A DNA stretch of 64,000 nt from a virus (lineage: Duplodnaviria; Caudoviricetes). The stretch is from positions 1 to 64,000 of the IMG/VR virus record IMGVR_UViG_3300006217_000013; one strand, written 5' to 3'. A model generated the notes under the pieces. That model did not search any database, was not told the origin of the DNA, and was given only the letters and a program-made list of their open reading frames with translations. The position numbers were made by a program, and so were the translations under genes. Numbering within the stretch: the stretch's first letter is position 1; the number at the start of each line of letters is the position of its first letter. Shown piece after piece: positions 44,547 to 56,487 of this stretch.

Positions 44547-46362
44547 TTTATCTCATTATGCAGACAGTAATCAGCTTGCAGTATATAAAAACTTTCCCTC
44601 TACACATTATTTGAGTAATCCAAACAATGTTCTCCATATTTTGGCATGGGGAACTTTTTTTAGACGGAATATGCATCGCTTTGTAATTGATTACCTAAAA
44701 ATTTCATTATATGAATATCAAGCACTGGCAATATATGCAATGGGGGTATCTAACTTAATATGTATTATAGCAAGCCGAAATGATGCCAAATCATTTCTTG
44801 TTGCAATATATGCTGTTGCGAGATGTCTGTTATATAAGGGCACAAAATTTAGAATCGGAGCTGCTACAGAAAAGCAAGCAAAACTTATAGTCTCTGAAAA
44901 GATTATAGATGAGCTATGCGATTGGTCTCCTGTCTTAAAAAAAGAAATTGAGTCTTATGGGGTGCGTAGCAACGATATATATGTAAAATTTCGTAATGGC
45001 TCAAAAATCACTGTTTTTGTTGCCAATGAAAACGCAAGAGGTCTTCGTAGCAATGCCATTTGTAGAGAAGAAACTCGACAAATCAAAAAGAAGGTAGAAG
45101 ATTCTGTAATATCGCCATTTCAGACGCCTAGAAAGCCTAAATATTTGTTCAAAGAAGAATATAAAAACAACAAACTGTTAAAAGAACAGCCTGTAGATAT
45201 TTATATTAGTTCAAGTTGGTATGATGATGGACATTGGATGTGGGATATTGCTGACCAAGCATTGGACGATATGGAAAAGCACAAAGGCGGCTTAATGCTT
45301 GCTTTTGACGAAAGTATTACTATCAAACACGAACTTAAAACGATGGAGCAACTAATTAAGGAAAAGAAAAAACAAGACCCTATAACGTGGAAAATTGAAT
45401 TTTTAAATCTTAAAGTAAGAGATTCCTTATCTTCGTTTTTTACCTATTCTATGCTCTTAAATCGACAGGTTTCTAAAAAAGTATTTTATCCTCGTACTAC
45501 TATTGATGTGCGAAGCGGCAAAAAGAACAAACATATAATCCCAAAATTAGATAATGAAATAAGAGTTGTTTCTAATGATATTGCTTTTGTAGCTGGAAGT
45601 CAGAATGATAATTCTGTATATTCTTGCATTAGAGCTATACCTGAATCTATTACGTATACAACCAAAGCAAACTCTACCGAGTCTAATTTTATTGAAATTA
45701 AACAGGGTTATCGCCGTGAATATCCGTATATTGAGTCAAATCAAATTGGTGATACAACTTTGCAAGCTATTCGTATTCGGCAACTTTTTGAAGATTTTGA
45801 AAGTGATTATATTGTATTGGATACTCGAAATGGTGGTTTGCAAATTTTATATACGTTACAGAAAGTGTTGTATGATGAGGAGCGTGGCATAGAGTATCCT
45901 CCGTTAAAGTGTATGAATAATGACGAATATGCTAAAGCTTGTTCAGACCCTCACGCTAAGGCTTGCATTTATGTCATTAATGCTACTCAATCCTTAAATA
46001 GTGATATTGCTATGAACTTCAGAAAGAACTTAGTTGAAAACAAAATAGATTTTTTGGTTAATTATAATACAGCCAAAGAAGAAATACTCTCTAACAACAA
46101 AGACTATCTTGAAGAAATAGATATTGATAGACAAATTGATTTTGAGAGACCCTTTCTTGAGACTCAGGCGATGATTAGCGAATGTGCGGAATTGCAGTAT
46201 GAGAAAATGCCCCAAACAGGACTTATTAAAATACAAGAAAGGGGAAAAAACAGAAAAGACCGATACACAAGTTGTTCGTATGGGTCTTATTTTATTGACC
46301 AATTGGAATTAGATATACTTGGTTCGAGTTCAGATTATGACTATGCTGTACTTATAAACTAA
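44503..46362 (+). CDS. terL: Terminase large subunit
   Basis: LYEYQ, ASRNDAKS (Walker A-like), ARGLR, YISS, nuclease DIA..DNS, KDRYTS. Confidence 0.85.
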   Translation: MNSLYQRWMNMKKNDLSHYADSNQLAVYKNFPSTHYLSNPNNVLHILAWGTFFRRNMHRFVIDYLKISLYEYQALAIYAMGVSNLICIIASRNDAKSFLVAIYAVARCLLYKGTKFRIGAATEKQAKLIVSEKIIDELCDWSPVLKKEIESYGVRSNDIYVKFRNGSKITVFVANENARGLRSNAICREETRQIKKKVEDSVISPFQTPRKPKYLFKEEYKNNKLLKEQPVDIYISSSWYDDGHWMWDIADQALDDMEKHKGGLMLAFDESITIKHELKTMEQLIKEKKKQDPITWKIEFLNLKVRDSLSSFFTYSMLLNRQVSKKVFYPRTTIDVRSGKKNKHIIPKLDNEIRVVSNDIAFVAGSQNDNSVYSCIRAIPESITYTTKANSTESNFIEIKQGYRREYPYIESNQIGDTTLQAIRIRQLFEDFESDYIVLDTRNGGLQILYTLQKVLYDEERGIEYPPLKCMNNDEYAKACSDPHAKACIYVINATQSLNSDIAMNFRKNLVENKIDFLVNYNTAKEEILSNNKDYLEEIDIDRQIDFERPFLETQAMISECAELQYEKMPQTGLIKIQERGKNRKDRYTSCSYGSYFIDQLELDILGSSSDYDYAVLIN

Positions 46363-46377
46363 AGAAAGGATATATTT

Positions 46378-47967
46378 ATGTCAGATAATGAAATAAATAA
46401 CAATCGTGGACATCCGTATGATGACGCGAGTAAAGAATACGAATTCAACAGCTATGTTGGAAAATATGTTTGCGATTCAATTTTTAGTTGTGGTATCTTT
46501 GATTGTTTTTCTAAAGAAGAGATTGACAATATTCTAAAAGACCCCATTATATATCATAAAGAAGCAATGGAACTTGCTAATTTTATTTATAATAAAAATG
46601 GTATTGTAGCTAACTCCATTGATTATATGGATGCTTTAATGTGTTTAGACCGCGTAATCACAAATAAGTCTAAAAAGCCAAACAAAAAGACACAGGCAAA
46701 TAAAGAACTTATGCGGTCTACTTTAAGCACTATTGACGATAAAGCTTTTATTCGTGACGCACTACATACGGAAATGAATAATGGTATATGTTTTTACTAT
46801 TTTGAGACTACTCAAAAGAATGCGGATATGTCTAAATTTATGCAAGATTGTGAAGTTGAAAACATATACGAAATCAATGAGATAGGCATAAATGCAAGTA
46901 TTATAACCCTTCCCTATCAATATACAAAGATTGTAGGTAAAAAGAATGGAAGATATGTCTTAGCGTTTAATTTGCGATATTTTGATGATTTTACAGGTGA
47001 AAAACTCGACAGGAAACTTCGTAAATACCCACAAGAAATTTGCAAAGCGTACATGTCTAAGTCTCATAAAGGTGATTGGGTAGTTTTAGATAACAATAAA
47101 ACTATTTGCAGAAAAATCAAATGTAAAGACAGCGAGCCTTGGGGACGTCCTTTAGCTATATCTGCTCTGGATGATATTTTATACAAAGATTCATTTATAG
47201 ATACTAAGCGAAAAGTTCTTGATGAAATTAACAATAAGGTTATTTATGAGACTTTCCCAGAAGGAAAAGATAAGGGTTCTTGTGCATTAACAAAGAAGCA
47301 ACAGGAAGACCAACACAACGCAGTTAAACAGGCTGTTACTAACAAAAATTCTCGTGGTGGCATATCATTCTTTTCTGTTGCGGCTGGCACAAAATTGGAT
47401 ACTATTAATGTATCTACTGATATTTTTGATGAAAAGAATGAATCTGACCTAAATAACCAAATTTCTTTGGATTTGGGTATATGCGCCACCTTGCTTGGAG
47501 CCACGAGTAATGGTGGTAATTATGCGGTTCAGCAAAGCAACTTGGAAATGATAACTGCCCAATTATATCGTTGGGTATATGACTTACAGTGTGAACTCAA
47601 TCATGTAATCAATAAAAATATTATTAAAGACGAAAGAAATAGGGTTGAAATTTATTACTTCCCCACTTCATTTGTAAATAGAAAAGCGTTTTTTGACATG
47701 ATGAAGACTCTTTACACTGAAGCCAGTGGGTCATTAACATTTCTCGTTGCTAGTGCGGGAGTAGATGTGGAAGCTTATTTCTCAGTAATGGATGAAGAAC
47801 TTGAAAATGATATTTATAATAAGTACAAGCCTCATCCTACATCATATACCCTTTCAGGCAACTCAAGTGAGGGTGGGCGTCCCGAAAACACTATGCCTAC
47901 AAATGAAAACACTATTCAAAGTAAAAGCAATAATAGTAACAAGCAACCTAAACCATCAACCAAATAA
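46378..47967 (+). CDS. Portal protein
   Basis: Follows TerL; 529 aa; WGRP and C-terminal GGRP. Confidence 0.75.
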   Translation: MSDNEINNNRGHPYDDASKEYEFNSYVGKYVCDSIFSCGIFDCFSKEEIDNILKDPIIYHKEAMELANFIYNKNGIVANSIDYMDALMCLDRVITNKSKKPNKKTQANKELMRSTLSTIDDKAFIRDALHTEMNNGICFYYFETTQKNADMSKFMQDCEVENIYEINEIGINASIITLPYQYTKIVGKKNGRYVLAFNLRYFDDFTGEKLDRKLRKYPQEICKAYMSKSHKGDWVVLDNNKTICRKIKCKDSEPWGRPLAISALDDILYKDSFIDTKRKVLDEINNKVIYETFPEGKDKGSCALTKKQQEDQHNAVKQAVTNKNSRGGISFFSVAAGTKLDTINVSTDIFDEKNESDLNNQISLDLGICATLLGATSNGGNYAVQQSNLEMITAQLYRWVYDLQCELNHVINKNIIKDERNRVEIYYFPTSFVNRKAFFDMMKTLYTEASGSLTFLVASAGVDVEAYFSVMDEELENDIYNKYKPHPTSYTLSGNSSEGGRPENTMPTNENTIQSKSNNSNKQPKPSTK

Positions 47968-48022
47968 AATTTAATCTTTAAGAGCTACTGGCTCTTTTTT
48001 TATTATGTGAAAGGAGGTACTT

Positions 48023-49174
48023 ATGGGCGTTTTAGAGTTGTCATCAAAGAAATACAAAAACGGAAGGCGACCTTTTACTGCTATTCTTTATGAATTACAG
48101 CCTCCTGAATGTGTTGTAGACGACATAGGAACTAAATTTAATAAAAACGGCATTACCTTTTTAGAGGAATATTGTGCCCCACGGTTAGACAGTGTCAAGG
48201 ATATGAGTGTTACCGTGTCATTTATTGACGATGAACGTACTATGATTTGTGACCATGGGGATACGGCAATTGCAGATGATTTGCCCATATTTGATAACGC
48301 TGTTACAATAGGTCATTTCACCGAAGGATATATAACCGATATCGAGAAAGATGGAGAAATAAAACGTGTTGTCTGTGGTAAAGGTTTTCTTGATGAAATG
48401 AGATACCATGCGTTCATTGCAACCCTTGAAACAGAGTTACAAAACGGAAATGATGTAAGTGGCAGTATTGAGATTTATAAATCGGAAGGCAATGACGCTA
48501 TTCTTTATAAAAAAGGTTGGCTTCCGCAAGGACGCATACCTATAGATTTTATTCATTCAGGATGGGCAATGGTATTAAGTCCATCTGATTCCACTTCAAC
48601 ATTGTTGGAACTAAATTCACAAAAACAAGAAAATAAGGAGGAAAAACACATGACAGAACAGGAAGTTATGGCGGCTGTTCAGAAAGCCATTTCTGAAACA
48701 AATTCCGTCAAGGCTGAGTCTGAAACTACTATTTCAGAGCTTAATGCTCAGTTGGAAGAAAAAGATAACAAAATTTCAGAGCTTAATGCTACAGTTGAAC
48801 AGGTTCAAAAGGCTCTTGATGACTTAAAGAAAGAACAGGAATCATATTGGGATGAAAGGGCTGCTCTCGAAAAAGAACTCGGGGAATTAAAGGCAGAAAA
48901 ACGTTTATCTGAGCTTAACGCTGCTATATCTGGATACTCGGAGGATGAACAGAAATATGCGGAAATCGAGATAAATTCCTTTAAGGAAAATCCGCTTGAG
49001 GGTGATATCAACGCTATAACATCTAAGATTTGCGTTGGTATTGTCGCAAAGCAGAAAGAAAATGCGAAAGTTTCCGAAATAAATTCACAGAAAAAGACTG
49101 ATATCGTAGATATATTCGGAGATATCGGTGTCGATAACACACAGACTTCGGCTGAAGATACAAATATTTTTTAA
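48023..49174 (+). CDS. Prohead protease/scaffold
   Basis: N-terminal NKNG..GSIEI domain plus acidic coiled-coil tail with SELNA repeats. Confidence 0.65.
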   Translation: MGVLELSSKKYKNGRRPFTAILYELQPPECVVDDIGTKFNKNGITFLEEYCAPRLDSVKDMSVTVSFIDDERTMICDHGDTAIADDLPIFDNAVTIGHFTEGYITDIEKDGEIKRVVCGKGFLDEMRYHAFIATLETELQNGNDVSGSIEIYKSEGNDAILYKKGWLPQGRIPIDFIHSGWAMVLSPSDSTSTLLELNSQKQENKEEKHMTEQEVMAAVQKAISETNSVKAESETTISELNAQLEEKDNKISELNATVEQVQKALDDLKKEQESYWDERAALEKELGELKAEKRLSELNAAISGYSEDEQKYAEIEINSFKENPLEGDINAITSKICVGIVAKQKENAKVSEINSQKKTDIVDIFGDIGVDNTQTSAEDTNIF

Positions 49175-49189
49175 GGAGGACAAGCAATT

Positions 49190-49621
49190 ATGATTAGATT
49201 TGAAAAACTTGCAGCTACTGAAAAGAATTATCCTTTTATAGATGCTGTGGCTGTTGCGGATTATGCAAATGGTACATTTGGAACTATTTCTGATGGAAAG
49301 TTTACGGCTGGTGCATCATTTATGGCAATTATGCAGATTGAGCGCGGCGACGATATGAAGACAGATAAGTTTGTTGTAAAAAAAGATGAACATATAAGAG
49401 TTGCCGATTTCTCAAAGGTAGACGGTCATATTGTGAACATTACATCTGACCAGCTACCTAAAACCTACAAGGCAAAGGACAAACTTATAGCGGACTCTAC
49501 TGGCAAATTTGTCGTTAGTACGAGCGCTACAAACAATTATTTTGAGGTAATTGAACCAACTCGATATGGTGTCAGGGCTACCGTTGTAGTGGGAACGCCC
49601 GCGCCGACAGGTACAAAATAA
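49190..49621 (+). CDS. Head decoration/structural protein
   Basis: Position between scaffold and capsid. Confidence 0.5.
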   Translation: MIRFEKLAATEKNYPFIDAVAVADYANGTFGTISDGKFTAGASFMAIMQIERGDDMKTDKFVVKKDEHIRVADFSKVDGHIVNITSDQLPKTYKAKDKLIADSTGKFVVSTSATNNYFEVIEPTRYGVRATVVVGTPAPTGTK

Positions 49622-49640
49622 TATAAAGGAGGGTAATTAA

Positions 49641-50747
49641 ATGAATTATACTTTTGAACTAAATAACGCAAAAAGAGATGAAACTCTTGCATCGGGCAAG
49701 ATAACTGCAAAGTCTCCAGTTGTAGAAATTTTCTCAGCAATGGCAAATGGCGAAGAACTTTCAAAGTTTGGAGCAAAAGCTGACAAGGCTGCTACATATA
49801 TTACAACTCTTGGAACAAAGGCTGCTGAAGGAAGTCAGAGTGCTATTTCTGAGCTTAACGAAATCAGAAAATTCGCTATTCAGCCCAAACTTTTGCAGGA
49901 AATCAAACTCCTGAGCACATTTGGCTCGTACAAACCACTCGCATGGGGTGATACTGCGTATCTTGAAAAGATTAACTATGAGAATGTACGTGCAGATATT
50001 CAGGCTGAGGGACAGGATGTTTCTACTGCATTTGTACGCAAGACAAAGACCCCTCTTGCTCCTATTACAATTTCGGCAGGTCACAAAGTAAACTACAGAG
50101 AAATTGCACTTGGCGATTTACAGACAGAAAACACTCTTATGAACGAAGTTCGTACAGAGATGCGAAATAAAGCGGCTCTTTATGTTATCGAAACTATCTA
50201 TAAAGCTATTGAACAGGCGAATGGTGTTAAGTATTTTTATGAGAACTCAGGTCTTGTAAAGAGCAATGTAGATGAGCTTCTTACAAAGATAAGACGCTAT
50301 GGCAAGCCTAATGTAAATGGTGATTATGCCGTTCTTGCTCAGTTCTTGCCATGGATTGGATATTCTGGTACTGTTGGTAGCAACGATATTGTAGGTGTTT
50401 CACAGAAACTCCTTGATGAAATTGCTGACACGGGAATTGTAGGCAAGTATAACGGAGCCATCCTTAATGAAATTCCGAATAGCTACAACTTTAATAAACT
50501 TACTGATGATGGAAGCAACTATGAAACACTATTGCCTGCAGGGTTAGCATTTGTTACACCTACGGCTCCTGCTGGTGGCGTTGCCCCTGTTCAGACATTC
50601 TCAATAGGTGGTCTTACATCATTTAGCGGTAATTCCGTATCAACAGGAGAAATTATGACAAGATTTGACCTTAGCATAGCGGCTGGCGTTGCAGCTACTG
50701 ATGCTATTGGCATAATTCATGACACAAGCCTTGATACGCTTGCGTAA
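49641..50747 (+). CDS. Major capsid protein
   Basis: 368 aa, strong RBS, position, GC-rich hairpin after stop. Confidence 0.72.
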   Translation: MNYTFELNNAKRDETLASGKITAKSPVVEIFSAMANGEELSKFGAKADKAATYITTLGTKAAEGSQSAISELNEIRKFAIQPKLLQEIKLLSTFGSYKPLAWGDTAYLEKINYENVRADIQAEGQDVSTAFVRKTKTPLAPITISAGHKVNYREIALGDLQTENTLMNEVRTEMRNKAALYVIETIYKAIEQANGVKYFYENSGLVKSNVDELLTKIRRYGKPNVNGDYAVLAQFLPWIGYSGTVGSNDIVGVSQKLLDEIADTGIVGKYNGAILNEIPNSYNFNKLTDDGSNYETLLPAGLAFVTPTAPAGGVAPVQTFSIGGLTSFSGNSVSTGEIMTRFDLSIAAGVAATDAIGIIHDTSLDTLA

Positions 50748-51493
50748 TAGATTTCGAGGGGGCGGGATAGTTCTGCTCCCTCGTCTATAAGGAGTTTTAT
50801 GTTCAACAATCAATTTTATTGTTATTCTAATAGGTTACACTCATTTCTAAATGCATTGCGTTTTAGATATATCTCTATTGGGACTAACAAAAACACAAAT
50901 AAGAATTATTGGGTCTATGAGAAATCCGAGAGCTTAAACTCCGCAATTTCTCTCTACAACTCTCTCAAATACAAATATAATTGTTAAGTTAAGATAATTG
51001 AAAGGAAAATGTATGGAAAATATCAATATGGACACTAAAGTTACGGTCGTGAATCTTGCTCCATGGAATGTTGCCTTTTCTTATTCTACGATACGTGGGG
51101 ACGCTAAATTTGCCCCCGGAGCAAAAATCAGAATGAAAAGAGATGAAATTATTGAGCAAGTCGGCGCAGGAAATAAGCTTTTAGCGGGTATAGATGAGTA
51201 TGGCTCCCACGCCACCCTTTTTATTGACGATGCGGAAACTCGTAAATATTTAGAGTTTGATTCGGAAGATGGAAAGCGTACTCAAACAATTATTTCAGAT
51301 GAGAAGGTACAAAAGTGGTTTGAATTAAAAACGCAGTCTGTTTTTGAAAAGAAAATCAAGGCAAATGTTGTAACAAGAGCCGAAAAGGCATTTTTGCTTA
51401 ATGCAATTAAGCGTCTAAAACTTGATTCGCACGAAAAGATTGCGTTTTGTGTAGAATATTGCAAGTTCAAACTCAGATAAGCGAGGTGGTTTT

Positions 51494-51886
51494 ATGAAAA
51501 AAACACAAGCCTCAGAAGTTATAGACAGTTTTGAATCTTCATTTGCTGATAAACAAGTAATACCATTTGAACTTGAAATAGTATGGTTAAAAAAAGCTGT
51601 AGGAAGATATTCTGCGGAATTAGACACCATCTCATTCGACTCTGAAACATTATGCTTTGATACAGAACTTGACAGATATGTGGTTGACACTCTTGCTCAG
51701 TTTATGTATCAGTTATATCAAGAGCGTCAGGTTTCTTTAGTGAATAAGCGTGTTAGCATAGTGGGCAAAGATTTAAGCGTTGACGGTAGCGGAAATAGCA
51801 AGACTGCCGAAAAAGCACATCTTGCATATGTAGATGAAAAGGCAAGAGATATGGTTGAAAACCAGAAACCAACCGCTTACATATAG
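51494..51886 (+). CDS. Putative head-tail connector
   Basis: Size and position. Confidence 0.45.
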   Translation: MKKTQASEVIDSFESSFADKQVIPFELEIVWLKKAVGRYSAELDTISFDSETLCFDTELDRYVVDTLAQFMYQLYQERQVSLVNKRVSIVGKDLSVDGSGNSKTAEKAHLAYVDEKARDMVENQKPTAYI

Positions 51887-51895
51887 GAGGGCACG

Positions 51896-52918
51896 ATGAA
51901 AGAATGGTATCTCATAGGTTCTCAAACAAAGCCTAATATGATTGGTGGATATGAAAATCAAGCCTTTTTAGATTATAAAGATGATGCTTTTATGGAAGCA
52001 CTGACAACAGATATAGCAGACACTGTTACTATCTATAACTATGACTTATCTGAGTCTTTTGAAGTTAGGTGTATTACTCAAGGGAATCTTGCAGATACAC
52101 AACTTAAATCACTTGAAAGAACTGTTTTGTTTCCTACAGGAACCGTCAAGGCTGGTCAGTATATTTATTTTAATAATAATTATTGGCTAATCATAGGTTA
52201 TCCAGGAAGTAATAAAGTTTACTCAAAGGTCGTAGTGTCTTTGTGTCAGTATTTATTACGGTGGCAAAACAATGAGGGGCAAATCATAGAGCGATGGATG
52301 GCACATTCTTCTGCTTCTAAATACAGTATGGGAGAAAAAGAAGGCGCAGTACAGACACTTGTTTCTGATGATTTTGCAATTCTAATCCCTAACGATGAAG
52401 AAAGCCTTAATATTGATGGAAAACGAGTATTTATAGACACCAACAAGAAAAATCCCAGAAAGACTTTTCAGATTACACGAAATAATGATGCTTTATATGA
52501 TTATGGAGCAAACGGAGGAGTTCTGTACTTGATTGCTGACAGAGATGAATTTAATCCAAAAACAGATAATCAAGAGTTAATGATTTGCGATTACATATCT
52601 CCCGATGAGACTACGACTCCCCCATTCCCTGATAAAAGTGATATTTTATCCAAGATTAAGGGCAATACAAATCTTAAAATAGGCTTTCCACGCTCTTATA
52701 CAGTATCATTTACCGATTCTAATGAAAACCCAATAGCAATGCCATCTTTTCAGTGGAATATTCAAAGTGATTTTGATATAGAGCAATCTGTTAATGGCGA
52801 TAAAATTTCTTTAAAAATTGATGATGAAGACCTTATTGGATCTTCTTTTATTTTGCAGGTATTAATTGATAGTATTGTGTCTTCTGAAATTAAGATAAAT
52901 GTAGTAGAATTGATGTAG
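51896..52918 (+). CDS. Putative head closure/neck protein
   Basis: Position; GQYIYFNNNYWLI; beta-rich C-terminus. Confidence 0.45.
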   Translation: MKEWYLIGSQTKPNMIGGYENQAFLDYKDDAFMEALTTDIADTVTIYNYDLSESFEVRCITQGNLADTQLKSLERTVLFPTGTVKAGQYIYFNNNYWLIIGYPGSNKVYSKVVVSLCQYLLRWQNNEGQIIERWMAHSSASKYSMGEKEGAVQTLVSDDFAILIPNDEESLNIDGKRVFIDTNKKNPRKTFQITRNNDALYDYGANGGVLYLIADRDEFNPKTDNQELMICDYISPDETTTPPFPDKSDILSKIKGNTNLKIGFPRSYTVSFTDSNENPIAMPSFQWNIQSDFDIEQSVNGDKISLKIDDEDLIGSSFILQVLIDSIVSSEIKINVVELM

Positions 52919-52930
52919 TGAGGTGAGAAT

Positions 52931-53416
52931 ATGGCATATTTAGAAGAGATACCTAAATATAAAGATGAGTTGCTTCATGCATTCGTAGATAACAATGATA
53001 TAGTTAAATATATTGACAGTAAAGATAATAATGTCACTGACCCCGTTGATTTGATTGGAATTAACATATTTCCTACTCCCTATATTCCTAACACACAATC
53101 AGAAGTAAAAACATATATTTGCTTAGATATTTATGTCCCTCGTGTCAAAGATATGATGTTCAAAGATGTTCAGATTGTTATCAATATCTTTTCTCATAAA
53201 GACACGTCTACATATAGAGGCAAAAGCAGAGTTGATTTGCTTAATATCGAGGTAGATAAAATTTTGAACGGTAACTATGGCTTTGGCATTGATAAAGTAG
53301 ATTTGGTGTCCGTTATGCCCTATATTCCAAATAATAGATTTGCGGGCAAACAGATTATTTATAATGTACCTAATTTTAATCAAAGGAGATGTAAACATAA
53401 TGAGCATCCACTTTGA
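52931..53416 (+). CDS. Putative tail terminator
   Basis: Position before tail tube; RVDLL..VDKILN. Confidence 0.45.
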   Translation: MAYLEEIPKYKDELLHAFVDNNDIVKYIDSKDNNVTDPVDLIGINIFPTPYIPNTQSEVKTYICLDIYVPRVKDMMFKDVQIVINIFSHKDTSTYRGKSRVDLLNIEVDKILNGNYGFGIDKVDLVSVMPYIPNNRFAGKQIIYNVPNFNQRRCKHNEHPL

Positions 53417-54258
53417 TAGGGCGTTTCTAATGTCGGGAGAAGATTTTCGTTTAACGGATAATATCACCTTATATCATCCTATCGTGGAGGACATAATAAA
53501 ATTAAATGGTGGCATGAAGTGTGAACTTTTGTACTGGAATTATATCCAGACAGTGATGTGCAATCCATATACGAATATGGTTATGCTTGATGATATGGGG
53601 ATAAATTTTTTGGATATTACGCCGTTTGAGGTGTTTATGTTACAATGGGAAAAATCCGAAAAAGATTATATTGCCAATAAGTCGCAGTATAACCAAATGA
53701 ATGTAATTCCCATTAATTATATAAATCAAGCACTCAATTTTTTTATGAAAGAAAAGCATACATTTGTTCATGGAAAATATCCAAACGGAGATGATTGTCT
53801 ATACGATATAAATAATACTACATGTCAAATAAACAAAAATACTTTTGAGTATATCTATGAATGGCTAAAGGCAATTCATAAAATAGATTATTCAAATCAG
53901 ATAAAACCCGCTGATGAAAATGCGAGAAAAATTCTGATTGAAGATATACGTGATGAAATAAAGAGGCAAAAGCGTCGTAAAGAAAAACCATCAGACAATA
54001 TAGACTATATAGGAAATCTAATGTCTGCAATCGCCTTTGGCGGAAATGGTGCAATTACACCGTTTAATATTAAAAAAAGTAAAATGTTTTGGCTCTTTGA
54101 CGGATATAAAGTCGGAACAAAAAAAGACCATTCTACACATATATTAGATGGTTTTTATCACGGAACTATAGCAAAAAAAGACTTAAAAGACGTTGATCTT
54201 AACTGGTACGAATAACCAGTTATTTTTTTATACACAAATTTACAAGGAGGAATACATA

Positions 54259-55074
54259 ATGAAATATGCATGGAAAAAGGTTAGACGAATTATTATTAAT
54301 GACCTTGCCTCAAAGCAACATCGAGTTACTTTAAATGACTTAAAGAACTTCGCAATTCAGGGTTCACAGGAGACAGTATACGCCGAGGGCGCTGATGGTG
54401 CTAAGCTTGCCGCTTTTGACGTTAATAAGGTTGCAAGTATTACTGCTGAAAATGGAGCTATTGATGAAGGTTATCTTGCATTACAGGTAGGCAGCGAGGT
54501 TGTAAAGGTTACAAATGGTTCAGCTATTCTCATTAGAGAAGAGTTTAGTGTCAAAGATGGAGATACCTCTGTAAATCTTACATATAAGAGTACAGGCGCA
54601 ACAGGCAATGAAATTAGATTTATTTACAAGGCTGATGTTAACGGAAACCCCGGTGATACATATACCCAGAATTCGGCTGCTTCGGCTACAGAGTTTTCAT
54701 ATAACCCTGAGACTGGGGTTATTACACTTCCAACAAATGTTTTTAAAGCAGGCGATACTGTAATTATTGACTATTATCCAAATTTCTCAGAGTATGAAGA
54801 AATTGTAAATGACGCTACCAAGTTTAGTATGTCAGGTGAAGTCATCGTTGACGCTTGGTTTACTGATTTGTGTACCCAAACGGATGTGCCGCTTCAGCTT
54901 TATTTACCAAAGGGTAAGATTTCTGGTGAAATAGACCTTTCTATGGGTGATCAAGCTGCTGTACAGAATGTATCTATTGAGGCAATGCAACAGTCATGCG
55001 GTACTGACAAGAATCTTTGGACTTTGAGAAAGTACGACATGGATAATGCAGAAAAATATACAACGGTAGAATAA
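54259..55074 (+). CDS. Major tail tube protein
   Basis: AGGAGG RBS before ATG 54259; ~270 aa acidic beta-rich; hairpin downstream. Confidence 0.6.
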   Translation: MKYAWKKVRRIIINDLASKQHRVTLNDLKNFAIQGSQETVYAEGADGAKLAAFDVNKVASITAENGAIDEGYLALQVGSEVVKVTNGSAILIREEFSVKDGDTSVNLTYKSTGATGNEIRFIYKADVNGNPGDTYTQNSAASATEFSYNPETGVITLPTNVFKAGDTVIIDYYPNFSEYEEIVNDATKFSMSGEVIVDAWFTDLCTQTDVPLQLYLPKGKISGEIDLSMGDQAAVQNVSIEAMQQSCGTDKNLWTLRKYDMDNAEKYTTVE

Positions 55075-55709
55075 GTTTTATACGCACAGTAAAATTAGAG
55101 GAGCGGAGATTTGGTCTCTGCTCCTTTTTAATAAGGAGATTATATGAATAAACCAAATACCAAATGCAGAGTTTGTGGTAAAGAATATTTCTGTTGCGCA
55201 GATAGTCAAAGTATTGGCGGTTGGAAAAGTATGGCTTGTTCACAAGAATGTTTTAAAGAATATATGCGTCGTATAGAGGAAAGTCGTACAAAGAAAGAAA
55301 CCACAAGCAAAGTAATACCATCTTCTAACAAGGGAGAAACCACAAATAAAACGGTTGATACTGCAACAAAGCAGACGTTTTCAAAACCACACACAAAAGA
55401 AACAGATAATTCAAAAGATTGATATATGAGTGAAACTATAAGGGATTATGAATTTACTCATATATTGTAAATTTATAATCCCATTTTTTTACGAAATAAG
55501 GAGTGAGTTTAGTAATTGAAAATTATACAATTTGATAAAGAGTATTCAACTCAATGGAGCACAGAATATGCGTTTCTAAAACAAAGAGGAATACCTTACA
55601 CTTTCGTAAAAGTGGATGATAGAGGTATTACTACATGGAAGTATGCTAAAACAGCAGAATTATTCTCTGCTTTAAGCGATTTTTATGCACAAAGCAATGA
55701 GGCTAAATA

Positions 55710-56159
55710 ATGAATAATAAATCAAAATTTAATGTAGATAAAGATATAAGCAAGCGCACATATAATGGCATAACCTTTGATTCTGTACTTGAAATGAAAT
55801 ACTATAGGGATGTTCTCTGCCCCAAAGTGGAAAGTGGCGATGTGGTTAATTATGAACTACAAAAACCATATGAGTTACAACCAAAGTTCATCCACGATGG
55901 AAAGAATGTTCAGCCTATTAAATATGTGGCTGATTTTTTTATTGTCTACAAAGACGGACATGAAGAAGTGATAGATGCAAAAGGCTGTCCTGATAGCGTG
56001 GCTTTGATAAAGCGAAAATTATTTTGGTACCATTACCCTGATGTTGATTATAAGTGGGTAACTTATATCAAAAAATTTGGAGGATGGATAAATTATGATG
56101 AATATAAGCGTCTCAAGAGAGAAAAACAACGCAATAGAAAGAAAGGAAGCGATAAATAG
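55710..56159 (+). CDS. DUF1064 PD-(D/E)xK endonuclease
   Basis: GITFDSVLE, YELQP, YVADF, IDAKG. Confidence 0.85.
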   Translation: MNNKSKFNVDKDISKRTYNGITFDSVLEMKYYRDVLCPKVESGDVVNYELQKPYELQPKFIHDGKNVQPIKYVADFFIVYKDGHEEVIDAKGCPDSVALIKRKLFWYHYPDVDYKWVTYIKKFGGWINYDEYKRLKREKQRNRKKGSDK

Positions 56160-56487
56160 TGATAACTTTGCTCGAAAATAATCCCCAAACTGGATTTTGC
56201 AGATTTTTTATAGACAAAGAAGCTGATATTTTAGAACTCCCTACCCATTTGCACGGAGGCATTAATAGCTATAAGAATGCTGTTTGTTCTTATGGCTCTA
56301 TCGCCGAATGCCTCAGCGGAAAAACATATCGTTTGTCTGGCGAAGATGAATGGGTAGTTTATAAGGGATCATCAAGTTCAAGTGGTAGTGTTACTCCCCC
56401 ATCAGGTGATTGTGAAGAAGATATTGAACCTATCACGGACGATGAAATCAATAGTTTATTTAAGAATAATTAGGAGGAATATAATTT

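Noticed and set aside
44770-45080. Degenerate terminase Walker motifs (RNDAKS, CREE) as inactivation
   Set aside because: ORF and nuclease motifs are intact; more likely a family variant.
48730-48920. Repeated TCAGAGCTTAATGCT-like sequences
   Set aside because: Coding SELNA repeats in the scaffold protein, not an array.
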